Shown here: in pieces, positions 47,001-59,393 of the stretch
How positions within the stretch are numbered: position 1 is the first letter of the stretch
Layout of the letters: each line of letters starts with the position of its first letter
Source: Cirrosporium novae-zelandiae
Lineage: Eukaryota
Assembly (NCBI GenBank): GCA_026023565.1
Contig: JAPETS010000073.1
Span: 1 to 63,498, forward strand
DNA length: 63,498 bases
Direction of reading: 5' to 3'
The notes under the pieces: generated by a model
Database searches by the model: none
What the model was told of the DNA's origin: nothing
The model's input: only the letters and a program-made list of their open reading frames with translations
Position numbers and translations under genes: made by a program

Positions 47001-49315
47001 GAATTAGGAGCGCAATGACCTCCTATGGGAATTTCGGCAATCAATCCTTTTGAACTACCTTTATTAAACACAGTAATTTTATTATCTTCTGGGGTAACAG
47101 TTACGTATGCACATCATTCTTTAATACAAGGAAACAGAAAAGGAGCTTTAAATGGTTTACTTTGCACAATAATATTAGCTATAATCTTTACTGCTTTCCA
47201 AGGTGTAGAATATTCAGTATCTTCTTTCACTATTTCAGATGGTATATATGCTACTTGCTTCTACTTCGGTACAGGCTTCCATGGGTTAACACATAAAGCC
47301 CCTACCAATCTTATTACATATTCTTTCATTAAAGGAAATATTACTCATTATACTAAGGATTTCTGTCGTTCATATTTAAAGACTAATAACGATACTAATA
47401 ATCAGAAAGACAAACTTATAGTTAAATTAAATAACAAAACTTTTGCTTTACATGTAAACTTTTTACAGTGGTTTGCAGGATTCACAGACGCTGAAGGTAA
47501 TTTTAACATCTCTTTACGTAATTTTAATGCTTTGGCTTCGCCACCTAAATATAATAGTTTTATCTTAACTTTTCAAATAGGTTTACATATTGACGATATT
47601 AATATATTAAAATCTATTCAAAAACGATTAAACTGTGGTCATATTTCTATTTCAGGATCTAGATGTAATTATTTTATTAATGATCAAGCTTCCTTGATAA
47701 ATGTTATATCACCTATTTTTAATTTTGTAGAGTTAAATAGTTCTAAGTATTATGATTATTTAATTTTTGAAAAGGTTGTTAATTTAATTAAAAATAAAGA
47801 CCATTTATCTCCTAAGGGTAAACTAAATATTATTAAATATTATCTTGAGATGAAAAATAAAGATCCAAGATCTCGACCTAACTGTGATATTAATATCACA
47901 GATTACTGACTCGGGGGGTTTACAGACGGAGAGGCTTCATTTTCTACTAATAAGCTTGTTCCTAGATTCAAACTTGAAAATCATATAAAAGAACTAGAAT
48001 TATTTTATAAAATCCAAGAGTACTTAAAATCAGGTAATTTAATTATTACTAAACCTCGTAAAGATAAATCAAATTCTAACTCCATGGTAGTTTTAGAATT
48101 TAATCAGATAGATGTTTTAAAAAACGGAATAATTAGTTTATTTTCTAGACATCTTTTTCAAATAAGCAAAGAAGGGTGACCTTTCTTATTTATAGATAAT
48201 AACGTCGAAATAAAACCAATAAGTTTTATGGAAGATAATAATTTTAGTCTCTTGCAAACAAAGAAAGTAAAAGACTTTTGTGATTGATCCATCATAGTGA
48301 TTATTGTTTTTTACGGTTATAATAGATTACCTCAGGGTATCTCTATTATTAATGATCTTAAAAATGGTATGAATAATTTTAGATTGACAACTAACTCTAA
48401 GTTTAAGACCCTTAAATTAGATAACCCTCTATCTATTTATTCAAAAGTATCGGATCTTTTTTCTTTACCTGCACCTTATGTTGTTAAAGATGGAATTAGG
48501 TAAGCCCTTTTTTAAAAAAAAGGGCTAGAGGTACTCAGAACTTAGTTTCTGAAAAATTAGCTGTAATCGCTATAGATAAAGACGGCAATAAAGAAAATTA
48601 TTCTAGTATAAGTGAATGCAGTAGAGCTTTAGGCTTTGGAAGAGTAACAATTAAAAATTGTTTGTTAACAGGTAATATACATAAAGGTTACCAGTTTGTT
48701 TATAATGTTTAATATTATGTTTTATTTAAACAAATTTGTTCCTAGCCTCCTAGCCCCCCCAACTCTTTGAGTTGGGGGGGCTTATGTATACCTGAATGTA
48801 ATAAGTTTGACAGAAAACAGAGTTAATTGCATGAAAAACCTATTTTTGTTGGATATAAAATCTAAGTATAGGAAAATATGCAGCCAACCATATATTACAA
48901 TAATCGAATTAACTCGTAATATATGTAGGTTTAACGACTAATAATTGAGTATGATCATACATATAAATAAACACGTAAATTCTGCAATAACAAACTAGCC
49001 CCCTTTTTCTTACGGAGTTAGCAAGCATAGCAAAAAGGGCTAGCCCCAACCAAAGGTTGGGGCTAGGGTTGTATTGAATATATAGTCTGAACAACAACGT
49101 GAGTTGTTGAAATAAGGATAAAGAGCCTTATGATAACAAAAATTGTACATGTGATGATTGGTACTGCTTTTTTAGCAGTAGGATTATGAAGAGTATTAGC
49201 ATACCATAGTACAGATAATCACCATTTAGGATTAGAAGCTGGGATATTATATTGACACTTTGTTGATGTTGTTTGGTTATTTCTTTTTATATCCATTTAT
49301 TATTGAGGATCTTAA
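44074..49315 (+). CDS. cox3: Cytochrome c oxidase subunit 3; exons 44074-44184, 45609-45716, 46866-47286, 49146-49315
   Basis: [45 protein letters not shown]. Confidence 0.95.
44185..45608 (+). mobile_element. Group I intron (cox3 intron 1) with exon-fused LAGLIDADG ORF 44185-45414
   Basis: [10 protein letters not shown] and [10 protein letters not shown]; core atgctgggaa, atcagcagg, tcagagact. Confidence 0.9.
45717..46865 (+). mobile_element. Group I intron (cox3 intron 2) with exon-fused LAGLIDADG ORF 45717-46664
   Basis: [10 protein letters not shown] and [10 protein letters not shown]; core aatcagcagg, tcagagactacacg, aagatatagtcc. Confidence 0.9.
47287..49145 (+). mobile_element. Group I intron (cox3 intron 3) with exon-fused LAGLIDADG ORF, stopped at 48503 by a palindrome insertion
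   Basis: [12 protein letters not shown] and [12 protein letters not shown]; a NUMOD1-like tail continues to about 48712. Confidence 0.88.
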
Positions 49316-49875
49316 TCTCTCTGTGGTCTTTATTAATTCTGATGAATCAGACAAAAACCCATCTTCTGATGAATCAGAAAAAAACCAGCTTCTGATGAAT
49401 CAGTTTTTAAAAAACCAACTATTCCAAATAAATGTAAAGCTGATCAATTAGACTCAGTTGAGGTTGATAAGCAAAATGAGCTAACCCGAAAAAAGGAATT
49501 GAAAGAGCTAAAAGAATGGTATGGTGATGAAATCAATGAAGTTAAGAAAGCTGATGCATAAATATATGCCTGATAACTCTAGGCCGCAGAATTCTCATTT
49601 AAATAGTCTTAAAGTATTATATCCAGATGCTTTTAAGGATAATCCAAGCGATGATTCTAGAGCTATGCAACAAATTAAAGATCAACTAGCCCCAGCATCC
49701 TTTTTTTTTGCTTCTTGTTTTTATTAAGCAAAACACTAAACCCCCAAAGAAAATTTGGGGGCTAGGGGCTAAGGGGAAAGAGGTGAGGTACATAAACGAA
49801 TAGAACAATTTGATTTTCAAGATTCTAGAGACGTAGTTGGTGATTCCATAACCTAGTTTTTTGGATGATCTATAA
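49316..49875 (+). pseudogene. Degenerate acidic orphan ORF overlapping the cox3 stop in the +1 frame
   Basis: SDESDKNPSSDESEK...NSHLNSLKVLYPDAFKD...EQFDFQDSRDVVGDS..FLDDL*, with frameshifts and a GC insertion. Confidence 0.6.
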
Positions 49876-50252
49876 TAAATATTTCTTTTACATTTTACGG
49901 CTATTTGATATAATACCGGCTCCTCTGCAGGATCCCCTACTAATTTTGTTTAGATCCCTTCCATTTTCATCTCCTGGTGTGCAGCTCTTTCTGCGGAGCG
50001 GTTTTTTTTAGTAGGAGGATCACAACAAAATAAATCTTTTTTTGTTAGCTTCTCAAATGGAAGGAGTAGCAGGGATGTTATTTGTTGATAATAGCGTTTA
50101 TATAATAGTTCTATTGTATAATATTTATATAAACATTAATATAAAGGCTATAAGGTTTTATTTCTTTTGAATAGTATTCATAAAGAGCTTTCTAAGCTTA
50201 TTGGTATTATTACAAGAATAAATTTTAGTCTTTTTGTATCTTGTATTATTAA

Positions 50253-50324
50253 GAGACCTTAGTTTAATGGTAAAATATGTGACTTTTAATCATCAGTATA
50301 CGGGTTCAAATCCCGTAGGTCTTA
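50253..50324 (+). tRNA. trnK: tRNA-Lys(TTT)
   Basis: Loop cttttaa. Confidence 0.93.
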
Positions 50325-50646
50325 AAGATCTTTTTCTGCGGAGCGCGGAGCGCGGAGCGATTGTAAAAAAATAACGCGGAGCACCTACCCCCCTTAGGCC
50401 CCACGGCGAAAGCAGTAAAAATTTCTGTTTTTTTTTTTTCGCTTCTATGAAATACTGCTCTTTTTTCGACGATCCCCCGCTCCTCAGCATTACTGCTGAG
50501 GTAGCGGGGGGGGGGGGGGGGGGAAAAAAAAAAAGGGTGGGGGTTTTTTTTTTTTTTTTTTTTTTTCTTTTTTTTTTTTTTTATATAATCCGCTCCGCAG
50601 AGAAAACAAGGCGGGGGGGGGGGGCTGGCCTAAGTTATGTTAAATA

Positions 50647-50717
50647 ATGGCTATAGGTTAATGGTAGACCGTTCGTCTTCCAAACGATTTGTGCCGATTC
50701 GAATTCGGCTAGCCTTA
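50647..50717 (+). tRNA. trnG: tRNA-Gly(TCC)
   Basis: Loop cttccaa. Confidence 0.93.
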
Positions 50718-50726
50718 GTATAAACA

Positions 50727-50799
50727 GAGTTAGTAACTTAATTGGTAAAGGACTTTCTTGTCGAGAAAGTAGATGTCGGATCGTAGCCGACCTAATTCG
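50727..50799 (+). tRNA. trnD: tRNA-Asp(GTC)
   Basis: ctttc-ttgtcga-gaaag. Confidence 0.92.
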
Positions 50800-50917
50800 A
50801 ATTATCACTCTGGAGGCGGCCCCTCCTTAACTTCGGTTCCTCAACTTCGTAGGCTAACTTCGGTTTCTGGCTAACTCCGTAAGGGACAAAAAATTTAAAC
50901 TAGTGAAAAGTGTTTTA

Positions 50918-50999
50918 GGAAAAGTTGCTATAGGTAAAGCAAGATATTTGCTAAATATTGTGTATTTAACACCTGGATGTTCGAATCATCTCTTTTCCG
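50918..50999 (+). tRNA. trnS: tRNA-Ser(GCT)
   Basis: Acceptor ggaaaag/cttttcc, loop ttgctaa, variable arm. Confidence 0.9.
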
Positions 51000-51009
51000 A
51001 TATTATATA

Positions 51010-51081
51010 AAGAGTATAGTTTAATTGGCAAAATCTGAAGCTTCAAACTTTATGTTCTCAGTTCAAGTCTGAGTGCTCTTG
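51010..51081 (+). tRNA. trnW: tRNA-Trp(TCA)
   Basis: Loop cttcaaa; consistent with TGA=Trp. Confidence 0.94.
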
Positions 51082-51089
51082 ATTGCTAA

Positions 51090-51280
51090 ATTTTTTTATT
51101 ATTTATTTTATTTTCTAATGCTGTCTCTTTGAGACGTGATAAAACTATCCTGTATTTTCGTACAGCTATTTTGCTGTTATTCTTCTTCACGTATTTTGCT
51201 TATTATAGCTTATATTTTGCACCTTTAAAGAAAGGGTTTGGTCTTTTCGGTGGTTTATTTCAAATATCTCCTTTTACACA
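51090..51280 (+). pseudogene. 5' fragment of nad2
   Basis: FSNAVSLRRDKTILYFR...KGFGLFGGLFQ matches the typical ascomycete Nad2 N-terminus; no ATG and no continuation. Confidence 0.8.
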
Positions 51281-51325
51281 ACACAGCAGAAATTTGTTGT
51301 ATTGTATACATATTATGTGTACTTA

Positions 51326-51397
51326 GGTTCCTTAGCTTAATAGGTAAAGCCTATTTTTGATAAAAATATGTTCAGCGTTCGAGTCGCTGAGGAATCA
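51326..51397 (+). tRNA. trnI: tRNA-Ile(GAT)
   Basis: tattt-ttgataa-aaata. Confidence 0.93.
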
Positions 51398-51471
51398 TAG
51401 CTTTTTATATTGTTGATTTAAGATATATATAGATATCAAAGAATATAATATTAGTAACAAAGGAATATAAA

Positions 51472-51557
51472 AGAGAATTGACCGAGTGGTTTAAGGTGGT
51501 AAGCTTGAGATTTATTAGGTCGTAATGACCACATCCGTTCGAATCGGATATTCTCTG
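51472..51557 (+). tRNA. trnS: tRNA-Ser(TGA)
   Basis: Loop cttgaga, long variable arm. Confidence 0.93.
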
Positions 51558-51563
51558 GGTATA

Positions 51564-51636
51564 CGGGTTAGAGCCGGGTTGGTTAGGCGCCTCTTTTGGG
51601 CTGAGGATTTGTTATGTTCGAATCATAATAACCCGA
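51564..51636 (+). tRNA. trnP: tRNA-Pro(TGG)
   Basis: Acceptor cgggtta/taacccg, anticodon tgg. Confidence 0.92.
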
Positions 51637-52318
51637 ATAAAAAGCAATAATAGCGCGTAGTACATTACAATAGTAATGTAATGATATGGAATGTATTATT
51701 TCAATATTTCAATTTTGAAATATTGGCAAGTATACAAAGAAACTATTATGGATATATTGCTATATATCAAAGATAGATTATACTTATAAGGTGTGTCAAA
51801 TCAGTTTAAACTACCTTAGTAAAATTCTTAGAGAAATTAAGAAAGAGATTAGTCCTTCTCTTTAATAAATTAAACAAAGTGAAAAGAAATATCTTATTAA
51901 CTTTAGGAAAAGAAATCAAACGAGTAATAAGCTAGAAAAGTAAATAGGGTAATTTATCTTCTTGAAAATAGGGGGACCTTCCTCTAAAGCTTAGTATGAT
52001 ATATAAGCGATAGTGAACAACTTCCGTGAGGGTGTATATAGTAAATAGTAGTTTTATAAGCAGCTCGAGTAAAAATAAGATTAAGATAAATTATAAAAGC
52101 GTACCTTTTGCATAATGGGTCAGCAAGTTAATATTAGATGCGAGCTATACTCTGTATATATGTTTAGACATAGAGTAGGCCTAGATAAACCAATTATGAA
52201 GTAATGAATAAGTATCTAAAATTAGACCCGAAGGCTAGTGATCTTACTATGATCAGGGTTATAAATGCCCGCACGGGTTATCGTTGTATAGATATCCGAT
52301 GAATCATGGTAAGTTGGT

Positions 52319-53892
52319 GAATTTTCGCCCAATTAAAAAGTAATTTCTAATTAGCATTTGGCTCATAGCGGTGAAGCCTAAAGCTTTTGGCTATGGTAAT
52401 ACCGCGGGAAGTTTATCAAGTCTCTCTTGCGGAATAAATAAACACCAGGAGAGAAGAAACAATCGAATTCTTTCGAGATAATAAGGTAATACCTTGCTTG
52501 ATATAACCCTGTAACGACTGAATCCGAAAGGAGAGACGATCTTGTTGTTATATACTTTAGCTTTGCTTCTTTTAATTATTAATTAATTGCAGGAGAAGAT
52601 AGAAGTATAACGCAATCGTAACACGCCAACACTTTACAGTTTCAATTTATGATGGTAACAAAAAAAAATATATCGTTTTATAGTTAAAGAATACGAGTAT
52701 GTAAGAATAAGTCAAAGTAAAAACAAAAATAAAACTAAATGAAATGGGTTTGGGTTTGGATATTACTTCAGATTATACTTGTTATTAAATTTTAATTAGT
52801 TTTATCAATATGAAAATAAATATGAATATGAATATAAACAAGAATTTTTATTTTTCAGAAGGATGGTTCAGTGGGTTTATTCAATCTGATGGTTGTTTTA
52901 CTATAACGTTTGAAACTAAAAAAACAGGTTTACTAATAAAACCTAAACCTATATTTGTTTTAACTCAAGATCGTTCTGAAGAAGAAATGTTCAGAGAGTT
53001 ACACAAATATTTAGGAATTGGTTATATAACAAAGAATAAAGAAAATGTGTCTTTATATATAACATCTTTATCTGCGCTAGAAAACAAATTATTTCCCATG
53101 TTAGATAAATATCCGTTAAGATATGGTAAGCTTACTGCTTATTTAATTTTTAAAACTATAGTTAAAAAAATGTTAAATAAGGAACATTTAAAACTAGAAG
53201 GTTTACTTGAAATTGTTTATGCTGGATTTCAGTTGAACCCTGATACTGGAAGACGGACAGAAGAATCAAAACAAAAACTGTTAGGCTTTTTAAAGAATAA
53301 ACATGGAGAATTACCCACAGTCCTTTTAGAAACACCCTCTCTACCTAATACACAAATGAAGTATTCTTTAGATTTCATAGCAGGGTTGATAGACGGAGAT
53401 GGTAGCTTTAATGTGTCTTTTCAGATTAAGCCTTATAAAAGAGTAAGAGTTAACTTCACAGTTGTTCAAGAAACTTCATGTAAAGAATTATTGAATGATT
53501 TAAAAGCTTATTTTGATTGTGGAAAGGTATATGATTTACCTTCTGCCGCCAGTCGTTATCAAGTTGAAAACGTTGATTTAATCTTGACTAAGATCAAACC
53601 TATTCTTGATAAAGTGTTATTTAACACTCAAAGAGCTGGACATTATGAAACAGCAATGGAGGTTAGTAAAATAATAAAAACTAAAGGATACAAATCTAAT
53701 GATACATTTAAAGAAATAATAGAATTAGCGTATGATAAGAATAAATTAGGTAAAAGACGTAGAATTCAAAAAAAAGAACTAATTGAAAAAATCGATTCAT
53801 TAACTAAATAAAAACATACAAAAAATTGTTACCTAATATAAAAGTAAAGTTGAATGTATAGTCTAAATTACAACTAAAGTTGTAAATATTTG
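52319..53892 (+). mobile_element. Group I intron (rnl intron 1)
   Basis: Splits gttggt|gaaagacaac; aatgtatagtct; ends in G. Confidence 0.85.
52810..53811 (+). CDS. Double-motif LAGLIDADG endonuclease
   Basis: WFSGFIQSDGCF and FIAGLIDGDGSF. Confidence 0.94.
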   Translation: MKINMNMNINKNFYFSEGWFSGFIQSDGCFTITFETKKTGLLIKPKPIFVLTQDRSEEEMFRELHKYLGIGYITKNKENVSLYITSLSALENKLFPMLDKYPLRYGKLTAYLIFKTIVKKMLNKEHLKLEGLLEIVYAGFQLNPDTGRRTEESKQKLLGFLKNKHGELPTVLLETPSLPNTQMKYSLDFIAGLIDGDGSFNVSFQIKPYKRVRVNFTVVQETSCKELLNDLKAYFDCGKVYDLPSAASRYQVENVDLILTKIKPILDKVLFNTQRAGHYETAMEVSKIIKTKGYKSNDTFKEIIELAYDKNKLGKRRRIQKKELIEKIDSLTK

Positions 53893-53921
53893 GAAAGACA
53901 ACACTGACTAGTATAGCTGGT

Positions 53922-55456
53922 AAAAAAATAGTGTAAGCTACTGTTTAGGCCAGTAAGTGGAAGTGAACCTTCTGCTAAAAACCATCAAATTGACGGGAAT
54001 CCCCTAAAGCAATCTCAACCAAGCAGACGTGGTAACACAGTTTGTGGCACAGGTAATGACTCGTGGTATGGTAAAATCGAGATTGATCTGCGAAAGTAAA
54101 TGGGTAATCCGCAGCCAAGCACCAACCCGTGTTTTCTTGTTTTTTTTTTTAACACTAAAACACGGGCTAGGTGTGCAGTTCATCGACTAAATGTTGGTTG
54201 GCGCATCAGTGAATACGGATGCGCTTAAGATATAGTCAAGCCTCACTCGAAAGAGTGCAGGATAATAAAGTACCTAATTCTACGGCTCCGCCGTTTTTTT
54301 TTTATCCTTGACCTTTTACCGTCATATTTTCTGTGCAGCCATATTCGTACTTTATTACCTTCAAACTGGTTAGGATTCACAAGATTTATCCTAGTCTTGT
54401 TTTGAATAATAGCAGACAAGTTATCACGAATAAATACCCGTAGCAGCTACAAGCAAGGTACACTGTAGAAAGGTACTCGGGCCTTAGGAAGGCTAGCACC
54501 CTAACCTTAAGATAGAATTGAAAGGATAATCTTCAAAGTCACTGAATATAATAATATATATAATAATAAAAGCTACAAATAAAAATTTCTTTCTACATAA
54601 TGGGCTTCGCCCTTTTTCATCCAAATCAGATGTTAATTCTTCTGAAATAAAGCCGATTGTTATATACTATAACTGTGATCTTCAAAAAGATCGGATTCTT
54701 AAAGAGAATAAAAACAAAGCTGTTGTATATCGTTGAGTTAATAATATAAATAAAAAAACCTATGTAGGTAGTTCAGTAGATTTAACTACAAGACTTTATA
54801 AATATTATAGTGTTAAACATCTAATGGAACATGATACACCTATACATAATGCTATTTTAAAATACGGATATTCAAACTTTAGTTTAGAAATTCTTGAATA
54901 TTGTGAAAGAGAAAATGCAGTAAGAGCAATTTTATTTTGATTTATTAAAACCTGAATACAATATATTACAAAAAGCAGGTTCATCTTTAGGATTTAAGCA
55001 TAACGCAGAAACTTTGGATTTTTTTAGGAATAAACGTAAAGTATGAAGAAACAAGAAAACACTTATCTTTATCCGCAACAGGTAGGGTTTTAACCGAAGA
55101 GGATAAAAAGAAAATTTCAGTTTCGCGTCTAGGAATTAAACTTTCAGATGAAACTCGTGCTAAAATCTCTGCGGCCACTACAACACTTATAGGTGTACCA
55201 GTTATAGTTAAAAACATTAATACTAACGTAGAAATAGAATATACAAGTTTAACTGAAGCAGCTAAAGCTATAGGTGTAAGTAGAACTGCTGTAAAAAAAG
55301 CAATTTGTTCAGGAAAAAGCTTACAAAAAATATATTATGTGGCCTGCTTCGCACAAAAAATAAATAAACACTTTATTATCTGTAAATGGATAGTTATCAA
55401 CTATTTAGGGAGAAGGACCTCAGCTTTGTCTTTAAAAGACTAAAGAGGTAGATCTG
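53922..55456 (+). mobile_element. Group I intron (IC-type) with a frameshifted GIY-YIG pseudogene (about 54600-55345)
   Basis: Core aattgacggg, aatccgcagc, gttcatcgacta, aagatatagtc; AVVYRWVNNINKKTYVGSS. Confidence 0.87.
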
Positions 55457-56904
55457 TTTCCGCGAAACCTATAGAAGTAGGTAATTCAAATTATATCTTA
55501 GTAGGTACAGAACTGTGATCTCAGGCAAAATCTCTTAATTTATTCTTGGCCCCCTGCTCTGCAGTAATGCAGAGCAGGGGGATTTATAAGATTAAAGAAA
55601 TAGTTTTGTATACATCGGGGGATCGTGATGGTTTTATCGGTGAGTATTTGCACTCGGAAGGGCAAAGATAAATATTGAATTCTCAGACATAGAACGATAA
55701 AGTTGTATGTCTAAAGGGAAACAGCCCAGAACAAGGGTTAATAAGGTTCCAAAATTATTGTTAAGTGAAATAAAGGAAGTTTTTATCATATACGACTAGG
55801 AAATAGGCTTAGAAGCAGCCATTTTTTGAAGACCTCGTAACAGAGCACTGGTTTAGTAAGTTATATTTATAATTTATAAAGATAACGGCACTTAAAATTT
55901 AACGGATCTAAATAATATACCGACACCTTGTCCATATATATTAATATATGTAATATGTTGTATATGTGGGGTAGCGGAACATTGGGGATATTTAAATATT
56001 TCTTTTTAAGATTAATATGAATAATAACCCAAGAGATAATGCTGACATGAGTAACGATAAAGGGAAAACCCCTCGCCTTAAGCTTATGGTTTTCTTAAGT
56101 AACGGCCTCTAAATTTTATAATTACCTAATGGTAAAAATGATGAGAAATCTCTCGATTACATAAACATAACCTTTATAATAATAAATATATAATTATCTG
56201 CAAGGAAAGGGAGCACATATTTTTGGATTATTATAGATAACTTTAGTTATCAAGAATAATCCAAATTTATCCTCCCTGCGGGGGATATATCTTTTGATTA
56301 TTAATTACAGATAACCTTAGTTATCAATTTAAAAAAGTGACTTCTGGAAAAAAGTGACGAAGGTTCTGGAAAAATATGTATAAAGAGACTTAAAACCCCA
56401 CCCCCCCAACCCCCCACCTCTGGTGGGGGTTGGGGGGGGGGTATAGTACCGTTCCTAAAATCTACCACAAGTAAGCAAGTAGAGTATACAAAGGCGTATG
56501 AGCTAACAATCATAAAGGAACTCGGCAAACTAACTTCCGTAACTTCGGGATAAGGAGAGCCATTTTTCCGGATTAATATCTGGTAAAAAGAGGAGGCATA
56601 GAATAGTGTTGTACGACTGTTTAATTAAAACAAAGCACTTTGCAAAGATAAAAATCAAAGTATTGAGTGTGATCTCTGCCCTATGTTGGCTGGTTAACGG
56701 ATTAGCTAGGTTGATTAGGTTTGGCTTTGAAGGAACCCCCAATAAATGGCGGCCTTATCTATAAGGGTCCTAAGGTAGCGGAATACCCTGGCCGTTAAAT
56801 GCGGTCTTGCATGAATGATGTAACGATACAACAGCTGTCTCTATGATTGGCTCAGTGAAATTGGAATAGCTGTGCAGATACAGTTTGCCTCTAGATAGAC
56901 GAGA

Positions 56905-58721
56905 GTGCGACTAGAAAAGTGCTTGATAGCAATGTGGTGAAAGCCCACCAAATAGCCCGTTATTTGAGCTCATACGGCATGCATTCGAAGTAATTCTTTT
57001 GTGTGAAGCCCGTTAAATTAACAGTAAGTTATTACTGTCCAACCTATCCTCCCTTACTCGAGCAAAGGGTGGATTCACATAGGCTGGTGAGCTAGATTAC
57101 TATGGATAGTTAACACGAATTCACGTTTGAAGCGTATAATCTAGGTGTTGAGAAAAATATAAGTTGATTGTAGAAAAGAGTTCTCGTTCTTTTCTTTATG
57201 GGTCTAATATCAACGTACGTATAGTGAAATCCTAATGTAGTCGTTAAGGTGTTATCAGGTAAACTAGGTAAGCCCAATATTGCCCATCTAATAAAAGATG
57301 GAAGTTTAGCTGTGAGGCTAAATATACAATAGTGGGTAAAGGAAGTTCTAAAAAGCAAAAGTTAATCTGTAATGGGTTGAATAGGATCATTTGATCTAAT
57401 TCGAAAGAATGCTGACTTGGAACAGGCGTTAATGAGTTTATACATATATTAAAAATAACCAAGTACAATAGAAAAAAAACACGAAGCAAGTAATCTTTGC
57501 ATTTTCAGATAAAATCGGTGTGAAGTTAAATTAAAGGAAAATTAACATGTCAGTACGCCCCCCAAAAACTACTTGTTAAATTTGTCATTCTTTTTTTTTT
57601 CTGAATATTAAAAATAAAAATGAAAATGAATAGGAAAGTAAAGAATTTCAATTTACAACCCAAATTAGTTGCTCCGTTGCTCCCTTCGCGTGATTTTGAA
57701 CTTGGTAATCCTGAAAAAAAACTTCATCCTCAATGAGTGACAGGTATAACTGATTCTGAGGGTAATTTTTCCATTTTTACACAAGAAACTAAAAATGGAA
57801 ATAAGTTTACTTTAGCTTTTAAAGTAACACAAAAAGAACACTCCAAAGGAATACTCTTGGATATACAAAGATATTTTGGTTGTGGTAATATCTATTTTGA
57901 CAATAAAAAAGAAAATGCTTATAAATTTAGCGTTAATAAGATAGATGATATTATAAACAACGTTCTTCCTCATTTCGATAAATACTCTTTACTAACGTCC
58001 AAAAACTTAGATTATTTAGATTTTAAAAAAGTAGCCTTACTTATGAAGGATAAATTACATTTAAATAAGGAAGTTAAGGAAGATATTATTCTTATTAAAA
58101 ATAATATGAATAGTAAGCGGTCTTTTGAAGAAAGATGGAATTATCTTGATAAATGTGAACCTATAAAATTAAACAATGAATGGGTTCAAGCGTTCATTGA
58201 TGGTGAAGGTTCTTTACAATTTGGTATAGCTAATGCTATGAGTAGAGGGAAACCTTACATAGCGTTGACCCCCACTCTAGAAATAGCTCAAAGTAATCAT
58301 GATGTTAAACTTTTAAAGGCTTTTGCTCAATTCTTTGGTTTTGGTTACATAAAGCCCAAATACGTTATAAATGACATAGAGGCTGCAAAAGCTTCACGTA
58401 TTGTTAATAGGTTTGTTATTAATCAACATTCTGTAGTAACAGAATTTTTTGATAAATATCCTTTATATACCCGAAAACATTTAGATTATTTGGACTGAAA
58501 AAGATTAATACAATTAAAGGCTGAGAGAGCACAAGATAAGCCAGAAGGATTACTCATGATGAAAGAAATAAAAGTTTCTATGAACAGAGGTAGAAGCTAA
58601 TATTTATTCCCAAAAATATTTGTATAAATGTTAAACATTAATGCTCGAGCCGTATGCGATGAAAGTTGCACGTACGGTTCCACGAGGGGGAGATTTTAGT
58701 AATAAAACGACCTATCTCAAC
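56905..58721 (+). mobile_element. Group II intron (L2059-like position) carrying a LAGLIDADG ORF
   Basis: Splits gacgaga|agaccct; starts GTGCG; domain V gagccgtatgcgatgaaagttgcacgtacggttc; ends AC. Confidence 0.93.
57620..58600 (+). CDS. Double-motif LAGLIDADG endonuclease
   Basis: WVTGITDSEGNF and WVQAFIDGEGSL. Confidence 0.93.
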
Positions 58722-59393
58722 AGACCCTATGCAGCTTTACTGTTGCTAGTAATTGAATATGATAGGATGGTTTGTAGTGTATAAGGTAATTGAGGGTCGA
58801 TTTTTTTTTTACAAAAGAATTGATGTATTATAATTGAAACACCTTTATTTAGTTTATCATATGGCTAAAGCATGTACTAACAATTGCTAGGTGGCAGTTT
58901 ATGCGGGGCACAGATCCCATAAAAAGTACCTGGGTATATCCAAATATAATTCTGTTTGATTGTAAGATTGCAATTAAATATGTGTAATTGTATGATATAA
59001 TTATACATATTTTTATTTTTTGTAATTAGTTGTAGATTATTCAACTAACTTAGTTATAGTTCTATTAAATTGGACTCGTTATTATTATTATACTTTAAGT
59101 AAGTTTTTAACTATATGGTAAATAGATGTAAAAAAAAATATTAATTAGCCTTGTATTTCATAGGCGACTAGCCCCTAGCTTAGGGGTGAATATAAAATTT
59201 AATAATAATATTTTTATTTGTATTATTAATTAAAAAAGTAATAAGACGATAGTTATTTTTATTATAAAAGTTTAATGGCTTTAACTTGCTATACTGTTTG
59301 ACCTACACGTCTATCAGTCGCGTAAGCGGGGCATATGATCACAAGATGCAGAAAGGAAAGGTCTTGGATTAATGAAAAAGTTACGCTAGGGAT

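Noticed and set aside
56301..57489. Minus-strand ORFs over rnl and its intron
   Set aside because: Antisense to rRNA or intron, with no recognisable motifs; all real genes here are on the + strand.
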